Below, piece after piece: positions 1 to 9,125 of a DNA stretch of 54,605 nt. The number at the start of each line of letters is the position of its first letter. Within the stretch, counting starts at the first letter, position 1. Position numbers and translations under genes: made by a program. Source of the stretch: an uncultured bacterium (GTDB lineage: Bacteria; Vulcanimicrobiota; CADAWZ01); contig CASEKF010000001.1 in NCBI GenBank assembly GCA_949288455.1, positions 1 through 54,605 of the forward strand. The letters are read 5' to 3'. A model generated the notes under the pieces. The model saw only the letters and a program-made list of their open reading frames with translations. It was not told the DNA's origin and searched no databases.

Positions 1-291
1 AGAAAAACAGCAAGCCGCGATGGGAAGAACAACCGTAAGAAAAAGCGACACAGATTCATAATTCATCGAAAAAACAGCCTATATACTTAAATAATATGGA
101 GAAAAATTCGACAGATAAAAAAAAAACCTTTTAACAGACTCAGGGGACTCTCCATGGAGGAGAAAAAAAGAGAAAACCGAAAAAATTACATAAAAACCAT
201 AACATTTTAAGCGTCAACAAAAAGTAAGAAATATAATAAGTTGCTTCCAGTCGGGTTATAGATAGTCTCTTAAAAACTGTTTGGGGTAAAA

Positions 292-1671
292 ATGGAAAAC
301 AATTTTAATTTATTTAAAAAATTGATGGAACAAGAAAATATGCCTCCGCTTGCAATAGAAATTTTTAGAAGGCATTACGATTACCTTGTTAGCGGGAAAA
401 ATTTTCTCATACGAGACAAAGATATAACCCCTCTTATCGAACTTCCGGAGTTGGAAGCCATAAAAAATAAATTCACTTCAAACCTCAACTCTTATATTCA
501 GAAAACCGTCATAATTAAATTAAACGGCGGACTTGGAACAAGTATGGGCATGGAAAAGGCCAAATCTCTGATCCATGCAAAAGACGGAGTTTCTTTTTTA
601 GACATCATCGCAAATCAAGCTATGCAGAACTCGCAGAAACTCATTTTAATGGACAGCTTCGCGACTTATAAAGATTCTAAAAAAAAGTTAGACTCGCTAA
701 TGCCTGAACAACACGACATAATAAGACATTTTATTCAGCATAAGATTCCTAAAGTAAACCGGCTTGATTTAACGCCTGTAAAATGGCCTAATAATCCCGT
801 CTTAGAATGGTGCCCTCCCGGTCATGGCGATATATATACGGCGTTTATAACTACGGGAATACTTGACAAATTGCTGAATTTAGGCGTCGACTATGCGTTT
901 ATATCGAACGCGGATAATTTAGGAGCGGTTATGGAACCGGCCATACCGGCGTATATGGATACAAAAAAAATACCGTTCGTAATGGAAGTGTCGGAAAGAG
1001 CTCAGGAAGATAGAAAAGGCGGCCATATAGCTAAGAACCGAAACGGACAAATACTCTTGAGAGAACTGGCTCAGTGTCCTGAAAAGGATATCGATTCGTT
1101 TCAAAATATCAAAAAGTACTGTTTTTTTAACACGAATAGTATCTGGATATCGTTAAAAGATCTCAAAAAAGAAATGGAAGCGCATAACAATATTCTGGGA
1201 CTGCCTCTAATCGTAAATAAAAAAACTGTAGATCCGAGAGAGCCCGCGTCCACGCCCGTATATCAACTTGAGACGGCTATGGGATGCGCAATATCCATCT
1301 TTTCAGGAGCGCAAGCCGTAGTAGTTCCAAGAAGCAGATTTAGACCGGTGAAAACTACTAATGATCTCGTCCTGTTACGTTCGGATCTTTACAGACTAAC
1401 AAAATCGCACACGATAGAAAAAACGATTAAGAGAGAAAAACTCCCGTTTATAGATCTCGATCAAAAATATTACAAACGCATCGACCATCTTCAGGCAAGA
1501 TTTCCTGAAGGCATACCGTCTTTAAAAAAATGTTTTTCTCTAAAAATCACAGGAGACGTAATCGTTCCGGCAAATATTATCTTAAAAGGAGACGTCGCCA
1601 TAACAAACACGCAGGGAATTCAAAAGCGGCTTCCCGAAAACGTTTGCATAGAAGGAAACTATATTATTTAG
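292..1671 (+). CDS. UTP--glucose-1-phosphate uridylyltransferase, eukaryotic-type UDPGP family
   Basis: 459 aa. It carries the KLNGGLGTSMG nucleotide-binding loop characteristic of the PF01704 UDPGP family (as in UGP2/USP), plus a downstream NADNLG-like segment. The length matches. An 11-nt gap to the next ORF suggests an operon. Confidence 0.8.
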   Translation: MENNFNLFKKLMEQENMPPLAIEIFRRHYDYLVSGKNFLIRDKDITPLIELPELEAIKNKFTSNLNSYIQKTVIIKLNGGLGTSMGMEKAKSLIHAKDGVSFLDIIANQAMQNSQKLILMDSFATYKDSKKKLDSLMPEQHDIIRHFIQHKIPKVNRLDLTPVKWPNNPVLEWCPPGHGDIYTAFITTGILDKLLNLGVDYAFISNADNLGAVMEPAIPAYMDTKKIPFVMEVSERAQEDRKGGHIAKNRNGQILLRELAQCPEKDIDSFQNIKKYCFFNTNSIWISLKDLKKEMEAHNNILGLPLIVNKKTVDPREPASTPVYQLETAMGCAISIFSGAQAVVVPRSRFRPVKTTNDLVLLRSDLYRLTKSHTIEKTIKREKLPFIDLDQKYYKRIDHLQARFPEGIPSLKKCFSLKITGDVIVPANIILKGDVAITNTQGIQKRLPENVCIEGNYII

Positions 1672-1686
1672 AAAGGCGGAAATTAA

Positions 1687-2283
1687 ATGGGAAACAATCA
1701 AGTGATAGAGCTCAGGCGCGGAAGCAGCCATTGGATAGAAAAAAATCAACCTATCATGGCTACGCTTACTTGGGAAGGAAGAGAAGAAGATCACTCGGGG
1801 GATCTCGACTTCTATTGTTTTTATATAACCAAACAAATGGAAAAATGCGGTAAAATATATTATAAAAATCAAGGCTCCTTCTCAAAACCGCCATACATAA
1901 GTCTGCAAGGAGACAGCGAAGTCGCCGGAACCGAAACTCTACTGATAAACGACAATCCTGATCTTGAGTACGTTCTGCTCGCAATATACAGCGCCGCTGA
2001 AAACGGCAAAGGCAATTTCAGCACATATAAACCTAAGGTGACAATAAGAAACGACGATATAACGGCGTCGATAATTCTGGAAAATACGAATAAAAATTCA
2101 TATTGGGTAGCCGTGGCTCTGCTCGATTTCACTGGCTCAAATATTAAAATAAACGCCTGCGAAACATACGCCGGACCAAGTTTGGAAAGATCTCCGATAC
2201 TTTATAAAAACGGGACTTTCAAAATGAACGCAGGAGACATAGAATTTAAAGCGTTCGATCTTCATTTTAATCAAGAATCATAA
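1687..2283 (+). CDS. TerD-domain (tellurium-resistance/stress family) protein
   Basis: 198 aa. It has a GDLDF segment, an acidic patch, and a C-terminal ETYAG motif resembling the GYAGGL end of TerD. It lies 15 nt after the UGPase stop with a GGAAA/GGCGGA-like RBS. Assignment is by motif memory only. Confidence 0.5.
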   Translation: MGNNQVIELRRGSSHWIEKNQPIMATLTWEGREEDHSGDLDFYCFYITKQMEKCGKIYYKNQGSFSKPPYISLQGDSEVAGTETLLINDNPDLEYVLLAIYSAAENGKGNFSTYKPKVTIRNDDITASIILENTNKNSYWVAVALLDFTGSNIKINACETYAGPSLERSPILYKNGTFKMNAGDIEFKAFDLHFNQES

Positions 2284-2298
2284 TAGGCAAACAAAGAT

Positions 2299-2330
2299 AT
2301 CGGCGACAGATTTTTGAATTTGTCGCCGAT
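2299..2330. terminator. Bidirectional intrinsic terminator hairpin between convergent genes
   Basis: ATCGGCGACA...TGTCGCCGAT is a perfect 10-bp stem with a 12-nt loop, followed by TATTT. It sits between the TerD-like gene on the + strand and the GT2 gene on the - strand. Confidence 0.6.
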
Positions 2331-3421
2331 TATTTAACGCTCTGCATAAATTTATAAAAAACTTTTTCAAAATAAAACTTAAAACTCTTTCTATTTATTT
2401 CCAATTCTTCGTAAGATTTAGATTTCAAAACATTCAAATAAAAAACGTAATTGTCATATCTTACTTTTTTTAAACAATCCGTCGTTAACTCAGTTCGCAA
2501 AAAGGCTTCTTTCAATTTGTCAAAAAACATATTTTTAAGATTATACGGACAAACTTCGTACCATCCTTTAAGATGCGATATTTTAAAAAGAGCGAAATCA
2601 AAAAACAACTCGTCGAAAACGGAAAACTTCTTCATAAACGTCTCTACGTAATTGACAGAATTAAAAATCCCGAAAATGTACTCTGAATTTCTTATAACGT
2701 CTAACACGGAGCCTCTTCTACCCTGTCTGTAGTTCCTATAATAATATAAAAATTCATCGCAGAACGATATGGAAGAAGCCCGTAGGAACAACTGACAGTT
2801 AAGAGGAAGATCCTCTATCAGAGTATCTTTCTTCTCCGGGAAAAACCAATCGTCATACTTGTTAAACCATAATAACGAAAACATCTTGGAATTAGTGTTG
2901 TCCAAAAGCGCCGCGAAAGCGGCTTTAAGACTCACGACAGAATTCTTGGGATCCGATCCTTTCCTCATAAATCTGGATAAATCCGAGTCGTAAAACGGAA
3001 TCTTATTCTCTCCGTCGTATTCCCAATATTTAAAACAAACTATATCCGACTTATTTGAATCTATATTTTGACAAAGCTTTTCAAATGCTACGCGCTCAAT
3101 CTTATCGTCCGAATCAAGAAAAAAAGCGAACTTTCCGCAAGCATTCGAAAGAGCGTTCTTTCTAGCTAAAGCGGCTCCCAAATTTTCCTGCCTAAAAATC
3201 TTAATTCGTTTATCCTTATCGGCATATCGTTTCAAAATATCATAAGAATTATCTTCGCTTCCATCGTCGACGCATAAAACCTCAAACTCCCGCAACGTTT
3301 GATTTAAAACCGAATCAAGACATTCTTCAAGATAGGCTCCGGAATTATAAACCGGCATAACGACCGAAACGAGAGGATTAATCATAAAAACGATACCCCT
3401 TCCTGTTTTATTAATAAACAT
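2330..3421 (-). CDS. Family 2 glycosyltransferase (GT-A fold)
   Basis: N-terminus VSVVMPVYNSGAYLEECLDSVLNQT...LCVDDGSEDNS is the canonical GT2 DXD-containing start. A DSDD motif lies further on. The true start may be the internal MINPL. Confidence 0.8.
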   Translation of the reverse strand: MFINKTGRGIVFMINPLVSVVMPVYNSGAYLEECLDSVLNQTLREFEVLCVDDGSEDNSYDILKRYADKDKRIKIFRQENLGAALARKNALSNACGKFAFFLDSDDKIERVAFEKLCQNIDSNKSDIVCFKYWEYDGENKIPFYDSDLSRFMRKGSDPKNSVVSLKAAFAALLDNTNSKMFSLLWFNKYDDWFFPEKKDTLIEDLPLNCQLFLRASSISFCDEFLYYYRNYRQGRRGSVLDVIRNSEYIFGIFNSVNYVETFMKKFSVFDELFFDFALFKISHLKGWYEVCPYNLKNMFFDKLKEAFLRTELTTDCLKKVRYDNYVFYLNVLKSKSYEELEINRKSFKFYFEKVFYKFMQSVK

Positions 3422-3459
3422 TTTATCCGATTAAAAAAGACCAAAACTAAAAATATTTC

Positions 3460-5274
3460 TCAATTATCGTCTTCTTGTTTAAAGTAAGATTTATAAAGCA
3501 ATTCGTAAAGACCGCCTGACCCCATAAGCTGATGATGAGTTCCTCTCTCGGCGATTCTGCCTTTGTCAAAAACATAGATCATATCCGCCTTTTGAATAGT
3601 GGAAACTCTATGGGCTATTATAATAGTCGTTCTATCCTTAAACAATCGCTCAAGGCTTTCCTGAATAAGCTTTTCGCTTATAGCGTCTACGGAAGAAGTA
3701 GCCTCGTCCAAAATCAATATTTTCGAATTTCTCAAAAGAGCCCGCGCGATAGCTATTCTCTGCCTCTGACCTCCTGAAAGAGAAGATCCTCTTTCTAATA
3801 CCTTAGTATCATATCCGTCAGGCATACTCATAATAAATTCATGAGCGTTCGCGGCTTTAGCCGCTTCTACTACGTCGTCAAAAGAAGCGTCTTCGCAAGC
3901 GTAGGCAATATTATCTCTTATGGTTCCGGTAAAAAGCAAAGTATCTTGGGGCACTACGGATATTTGACTTCTGTAAGAATGCAGATTTGTCTGAGAAATA
4001 TCAACGCCGTCAATTAAAATTTTACCTCCGTCAGGCTCGTATAAACGCGCAAGAAGAGCCGAAGTAGTCGTTTTTCCGCTGCCGCTGTGTCCGACGAAAG
4101 CTATAGTTTTACCCTTTTCAATCTCAAAAGTGAGAGAATTTAAAACCGGAGTTTCCTCTACGTATCTAAAAGAAACGTTTTCAAATTTAATATCGCCTTG
4201 TATGGGAGGCATATCTTTTTTTTCTTCAGACTCTTCGAGAGGAGAATCTAAAATTTCAAATAACCTTTTTGCCGAAACCGCCGACCCGGTAATGGAGGCT
4301 ATGCTTTGAGATATCCTATTCAAAGGATTCGTAGCCATAATCATATAACCCCAGACCTCAAAAATATCGCCTACGGTATAACCTTTTATCCAGTTAAGTC
4401 CAAAAGGAGCCGCTCCGTCCGGTCCGGCTATAATCTGCAGCCCTCCGTAACCTATCGCGCAAGCTATGCCTGCTCCGGCTATAATCTCAACGATAGGAAT
4501 TTGCACCACTTTAAACTTTATAACGTTCATAATATGTTTATATAACGTCAAATTTTCTTTTATAAAACGGCTTACTTCCTTATCCTCCATGGCAAAGCTC
4601 TTCACGGTTCTTATTCCCGATACGGATTCCTCAATTGTATTGTAAATTATGGACATCTGTTTCTGGTTATCGTCAACCGCTCTTTTTACATACTCTGAAA
4701 ACTTCCCGATAGCGACCGCAACTATCGGGCTTATCAATATTACGACGCAACTCATCTGCCAATTACGTACGAACATGAGACAAATGGAGAAAATTAAAAT
4801 AATTATATCGTTTAAAAAATTGATAATTCCAAGACCAAAAACGTCTCCTAATTTATCGGCGTCGTTCGTAATCCTGGTCATAATATCTCCGGTTCTAAAT
4901 TTATCGAAAGTTTTTAGAGGGAGTTTTTGAACATGTTTAAAAACGTCGTTCCTAAGATCTTTAACAGCCTGGTTAACGCCGCATGGCAAAAGATACCCCT
5001 GGAGAAAATAAAAAAGGCCTTTTCCAATCAGAAGTAAAAAAAAGAAAACCAAAACTAACTGAAGAGCTTCCAGAGCCTTCCCCTGCTCTACCGCCGATTT
5101 TCCGGCAAAGATAACGTCGTCCATAATCTTTTTTATAAGAAGCGGCTGCAACAAGGTGAAACCGTTTACAAGGGCGGTGCATACAAAACCGAAAGCTATA
5201 TATCCCCAATATTTTTTCAAATACTTTAAAGCCCTCAACAAAGGCGCGTAATCGCTTTTATTCATTGTAACCAT
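3460..5274 (-). CDS. ABC transporter, fused permease/ATP-binding (MsbA/exporter type)
   Basis: 604 aa. An N-terminal region of about six TM helices is followed by Walker A GHSGSGKTT, the ABC signature LSGGQRQRIAIARAL, and Walker B ILILDEATS. Confidence 0.9.
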   Translation of the reverse strand: MVTMNKSDYAPLLRALKYLKKYWGYIAFGFVCTALVNGFTLLQPLLIKKIMDDVIFAGKSAVEQGKALEALQLVLVFFFLLLIGKGLFYFLQGYLLPCGVNQAVKDLRNDVFKHVQKLPLKTFDKFRTGDIMTRITNDADKLGDVFGLGIINFLNDIIILIFSICLMFVRNWQMSCVVILISPIVAVAIGKFSEYVKRAVDDNQKQMSIIYNTIEESVSGIRTVKSFAMEDKEVSRFIKENLTLYKHIMNVIKFKVVQIPIVEIIAGAGIACAIGYGGLQIIAGPDGAAPFGLNWIKGYTVGDIFEVWGYMIMATNPLNRISQSIASITGSAVSAKRLFEILDSPLEESEEKKDMPPIQGDIKFENVSFRYVEETPVLNSLTFEIEKGKTIAFVGHSGSGKTTTSALLARLYEPDGGKILIDGVDISQTNLHSYRSQISVVPQDTLLFTGTIRDNIAYACEDASFDDVVEAAKAANAHEFIMSMPDGYDTKVLERGSSLSGGQRQRIAIARALLRNSKILILDEATSSVDAISEKLIQESLERLFKDRTTIIIAHRVSTIQKADMIYVFDKGRIAERGTHHQLMGSGGLYELLYKSYFKQEDDN

Positions 5275-5510
5275 AGCCTTTTAGAAAAAATTAACAATTT
5301 TAAACAAATCAAACCGCAAAATAAATTTCATTTAAAATCCGGACAAAATTCCCTCAAATTACCTGAAAAACTCTCTTTTCTGAATTTGCGCAAAAAAAAA
5401 GACTTCAGGTTCAGTCCGCTAAAAGTCTAAACTAACTGAAGCCTCGAAATATTTAATCTAAAAACGAATCAAACTAACATTGTTAATAACCGTAATCTCC
5501 GAAGTCTGTT

Positions 5511-6398
5511 TTATTTTTTCCTATTCCGAGTTCTATCCGCAGGCTCAGAACGTTTTTCAGTTTTGTCTTCCATGCTTTTTTTACCGTCTTCTTCTTCTTC
5601 TTCGTCTTCGTCGTCTTCGTCTTCGTCTTCCTCGTCTTCTTCTTCGTCTTCGTCGTCTTCTTCTTCGTCTTCTTCTTCGTCTTCGTCGTCTTCTTCTTCG
5701 TCTTCTTCTTCGTCTTCCTCGTCTTCTTCTTCGTCGTCGTTCTCAAACTCTAGTTCCGTTTCAGGAAGTTCTTCTTCTTCCTCGTTATCATCGTCATTGC
5801 CGCCGGCTTCTGAATCAGAAAAATCTTTAGTTCCGATAATCTCGGCGCTATCGGGAAAATAAAAATTTCTAGCGGCGCATCCAACGGCTAAAGTAGCCGA
5901 AAAATTCATTATTCCTCCAGAAAGGGCTCCAAGCATAGGAATAAGCTTTGAAGAAAAAGTTTTCATAAAACTTTTCAATATAAAAGACAACAAAAACGGC
6001 GAGACGCCGGATTCTACTATTTTTCTTATTCCTATTGTTCCAGCTACGGCTCCGGCGGAAACGCCGATACAACCTATGATTTCGTCAAATCTTAAATCGT
6101 CGCTAATATCTTTTCCGGCTAAAACGGCTATTTTTAAAATCATCTTAGCCTGGGCGGCAAACGTAAAGAAAAAATCAGGAGCGGCAAATAAAAGAGGAAG
6201 AGGCCAAGGCAAAACTCCGGTAACGCTTCCGGCCGCGCTGGACGTTAAAGCCGTTTTACGTATCAAAATATCGCATATTTCATAAGACGACAAATCAGGA
6301 TACTCGTCTCTTAAACGTCGAACTTCCAATTGAACGGCTTCTTCGTCAATATTAGAGAAGAAGAAATTCCTCAATATTTTAAATAAATCGTTATTCAC
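5511..6398 (-). CDS. EcsC-family protein with C-terminal poly-Asp/Glu tail
   Basis: The N-terminal ~190 aa resemble the EcsC family (small-residue-rich GxxG/AxxA helices, LRDEYPDL). The C-terminal ~70 aa are almost pure D/E encoded by imperfect GAA/GAC repeats. The Ser-rich and Leu/Arg-rich ORFs on the opposite strand are mirror artefacts. Confidence 0.55.
   Translation of the reverse strand: MNNDLFKILRNFFFSNIDEEAVQLEVRRLRDEYPDLSSYEICDILIRKTALTSSAAGSVTGVLPWPLPLLFAAPDFFFTFAAQAKMILKIAVLAGKDISDDLRFDEIIGCIGVSAGAVAGTIGIRKIVESGVSPFLLSFILKSFMKTFSSKLIPMLGALSGGIMNFSATLAVGCAARNFYFPDSAEIIGTKDFSDSEAGGNDDDNEEEEELPETELEFENDDEEEDEEDEEEDEEEDDEDEEEDEEEDDEDEEEDEEDEDEDDEDEEEEEDGKKSMEDKTEKRSEPADRTRNRKK
5580..5750 (-). 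repeat. In-frame trinucleotide tandem repeat, higher-order period about 33 bp, encoding DEEEDEEEDDE units
   Basis: The + strand reads (CTT/CGT)n. The protein shows DEEEDEEEDDE repeated about 2.5 times. Confidence 0.7.
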
Positions 6399-6509
6399 AA
6401 AAAATTCCCCCTTTCGTTATCTTATCGCATGCTTCGCGCCGCCGCTATGCCGCGCAGAAATTCATATTCCTTAAAATCTAAGCCTTGTTATGACGCCGAA
6501 GAATTAATA

Positions 6510-7841
6510 TCAGCAATCTTCATATTCGTAATATCGCGGAATAACCGTAACTCCGGCGGCAGTTTTATGTCCCAGTTCCAAAATTCTCTTAAAAATTTTC
6601 ACTTTTTTCGTATGTTCAAAATTATACTTTTCAATGTCCTTAATATCATAGTCTATCGGAGGAGTATCCGGTATCCAAGTTTTCTCAGGCGTTAATACGG
6701 TTCCGGCCGGAATTTTAACGTTCTTATCCACGATAACTTTATGAAGAACCGCATGTCTCGCTACGTCGACGTTATCGAAAAGAATTGAATTTGCGATATG
6801 AGAATAACTATTTACTCTAACTTCAGGAGACAGAACGGAATTTTCAACCCATCCCCCCGAAATAATACAACCGTCGCTAACGATGGAGTTAACTGACTGG
6901 CCGTTCCTGTCTCCTCCTGAAAACACAAATTTCGCGGGAGGCATGCTGTCGGTCATCACTCCATAAACAGGCCAGCTTTTATCGTACAGATTAAATACCG
7001 GCTTAACGCCGATTAAGTCCATATTAGATTCAAAATAGCTATCGACCGTTCCGACGTCTCTCCAATATCCTATCTCAGAAGGTTTAATTTCATTTTTCGA
7101 CCATCTATTTGACATAAAGTCATAAACGTAAACGTTCGATTTATCGCACAGACGCGGAATAATATCTTTTCCGAAATCATGACTTGTCTCTTCGTCGCTC
7201 AGAGCAGCGTCATAATTTAACGCTTCTATCAAGGCGTTTTTCTTAAAAATATAATTGCCCATCGACACTAACGCATGATTCGGATCTCCGGGAATAGGCT
7301 TTGGATTTACAGGCTTCTCTTCAAAATTGATCATTCTAAAATTCTCGTCTACCTGTATAACTCCAAAGGAGCAAGCCTTTTCAATAGGATATCTTATAGC
7401 GCATACCGTCAAATCAGCGTCTTTTTCCTCGTGAAAAACGGCCATCTGCCCTATATCCATTTTGTATATATGATCTCCCCCAAATACCGCGACATAATCC
7501 GGAGAAGTCATATATATCTGCATTATATTCTGATAAACGCAATCGGCTGTGCCTCTATACCATGTCGGAGGGTTAGGTCCAAGACAGCGAATAAATTCGC
7601 CGCGCGTTCCGAAACGTCTCCCCCACGCGCTTTCTACATGTTCTACAAGCGAAAAAGATTTATGCTGAGTCAAAACGCATATTTGTTTAACGCCGGAATT
7701 AAAGAAATTTGACAGTACAAAATCTATTATGCGGTATTTTCCGCCGAAAGGCACCGCGGGCTTCGCTCTTATATCGCTCGTAAGAGACTTAAGTCTTCTG
7801 CCTTCGCCGCCCGCCATTATAATACCGAGGATTTTCTTCAT
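6510..7841 (-). CDS. glgC: Glucose-1-phosphate adenylyltransferase (ADP-glucose pyrophosphorylase), catalytic-type
   Basis: GIIMAGGEGRRLKSLT...RAKPAVPFGGKYRIIDFVLSN and FGGDHIYKMD match the GlgC signature. It has a C-terminal left-handed beta-helix domain. An AGGAGG RBS precedes it, 9 nt after the upstream paralog. Confidence 0.85.
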   Translation of the reverse strand: MKKILGIIMAGGEGRRLKSLTSDIRAKPAVPFGGKYRIIDFVLSNFFNSGVKQICVLTQHKSFSLVEHVESAWGRRFGTRGEFIRCLGPNPPTWYRGTADCVYQNIMQIYMTSPDYVAVFGGDHIYKMDIGQMAVFHEEKDADLTVCAIRYPIEKACSFGVIQVDENFRMINFEEKPVNPKPIPGDPNHALVSMGNYIFKKNALIEALNYDAALSDEETSHDFGKDIIPRLCDKSNVYVYDFMSNRWSKNEIKPSEIGYWRDVGTVDSYFESNMDLIGVKPVFNLYDKSWPVYGVMTDSMPPAKFVFSGGDRNGQSVNSIVSDGCIISGGWVENSVLSPEVRVNSYSHIANSILFDNVDVARHAVLHKVIVDKNVKIPAGTVLTPEKTWIPDTPPIDYDIKDIEKYNFEHTKKVKIFKRILELGHKTAAGVTVIPRYYEYEDC

Positions 7842-7850
7842 AAAAACCTC

Positions 7851-9125
7851 CTATAATTTATCGCTGTAATCATGATAGCACGGTATAAGAGCTATTTTTG
7901 AATCGGTAAAATAAAGTTTCGATTTTAAAACTTCAAAAAGCGTTTCCTCTTCTTGATTTAAAGCTTTATTTTTAGATAAAACGCCGTTTTTTATGACTAC
8001 GCCGGAAGGAATCACTGATCTCTTATCGGCAATCACATTTTCCAGAACGCAATTTTTTCCCACCTTAACGTCGTTTAAAAGTACGGAGCGTTTAATTTTA
8101 GAATTTTCGTTAATAAAGACCCCCGGAGATAAAATAGATTTCTCAATTTTGCTTCCGCGGATAACGCATCCGTCGCTTACTATACTCTTTTTTATTTCCG
8201 GAAATTCCCCGTCGCCGTATTCGTCTATTCTGACCGGCGGAAGATTATCGGCGTTCACGGAGTATATTGGCCATGAGGGATCATACAAAGAAGACGTTTT
8301 AGCGTAATCGAGAAAAAGCATAGAAACGTCGAAATATTCGTCGATACTTCCTATAGAATGCCAGAACGAATGTTCCGACATAGAAATATCATAAACGCAA
8401 ATTTTATATCTTCCTGATTTTATCATCATTGGGATAACGTCTTTTCCAAAATCATGCGAAGACTCGCCGTCAGGTCTGGAAGAGTCGTATTCAACGGCTT
8501 CTATCAAAGCGTTCTTAGAAAATATATAATTGCCTAGAGAAATTAAAGTGTATTTTCTGTCTTGCTTTAGAGGAATCGGATGTTCAGCTTTTTCACAAAA
8601 CGAAAGCAAAGAACCGTCGTCCGCTACTTCCAAAATACCAAATTTACCGGCCGCTTTTTTCAAAGGATACTTCATAGAACATATGGTAAGATCGGCTTTT
8701 TCCGACTCATGAAACTTGAGCGTCTCTCTGATGTCGAAACTACAGATTTGATCTCCTCCGAAAACCGCCACATGATCCGGATTTTCTATTTTAATTCTGC
8801 TCAAAATCTGATTCACGCTGTCTGCGGAGCCTTTCTGCCAGTTAGGAGGAACGGGACCGGCAACTCTTATAAACTCGTCTTTAGAGCCGAACCTTGGAGC
8901 CCAATTAGCCTGTATATGTTCTGAAAGAGATATGGACTTATACTGTATTAAAACGTATAATTTTTTAATGCATGAATTAAAAAAACTAGATAATACAAAG
9001 TCGATTATCCGATATTTGCCTCCGAAAGGAACAGCGCTTTGCGCTCTAACGTCGCTCGTCAGATATTTCAATCTTTTACCGGCGCCTCCGGCTAAAATAA
9101 CGCCCATAATACTATTTCTGAACAT
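7851..9125 (-). CDS. GlgC-family paralog, possibly a GlgD-like regulatory subunit
   Basis: It shares the same N-terminal fold (GVILAGGAGKRLKYLT, PFGGKYRIIDFVLSS). The catalytic-region motif is diverged (FGGDQICSFD instead of GDHIYKMD). It is tandem with glgC on the same strand. Confidence 0.75.
   Translation of the reverse strand: MFRNSIMGVILAGGAGKRLKYLTSDVRAQSAVPFGGKYRIIDFVLSSFFNSCIKKLYVLIQYKSISLSEHIQANWAPRFGSKDEFIRVAGPVPPNWQKGSADSVNQILSRIKIENPDHVAVFGGDQICSFDIRETLKFHESEKADLTICSMKYPLKKAAGKFGILEVADDGSLLSFCEKAEHPIPLKQDRKYTLISLGNYIFSKNALIEAVEYDSSRPDGESSHDFGKDVIPMMIKSGRYKICVYDISMSEHSFWHSIGSIDEYFDVSMLFLDYAKTSSLYDPSWPIYSVNADNLPPVRIDEYGDGEFPEIKKSIVSDGCVIRGSKIEKSILSPGVFINENSKIKRSVLLNDVKVGKNCVLENVIADKRSVIPSGVVIKNGVLSKNKALNQEEETLFEVLKSKLYFTDSKIALIPCYHDYSDKL

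Noticed and set aside
1-291. Possible truncated gene or RNA at the window start, containing the CTCCATGGAG palindrome.
   Set aside because: There is no ORF and no convincing structure. The 10-nt palindrome is an NcoI-type site likely to occur by chance.
1530-2132. Four overlapping ORFs (1530-1853, 1582-1872, 1766-1984, 1869-2132) inside or antisense to the UGPase and TerD-like genes.
   Set aside because: Their proteins are low-complexity or Arg/Lys-rich. They have no RBS and are fully contained in stronger, motif-bearing frames.
5480-5862. Plus-strand ORFs encoding poly-Ser (5563-5862) and Leu/Arg-repeat (5480-5830) proteins, plus a minus-strand Lys/Thr-repeat ORF (5483-5746).
   Set aside because: All three are frame-shifted or reverse-complement readings of the same (GAA/GAC)n repeat that encodes the acidic tail of the EcsC-like gene. 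Only the 5511-6398 minus-strand frame has a recognisable folded N-terminal domain.
7275-8924. Plus-strand ORFs of 100-145 aa within the glgC/glgD-like genes.
   Set aside because: They are antisense to well-supported GlgC-family coding sequence and have no motifs.
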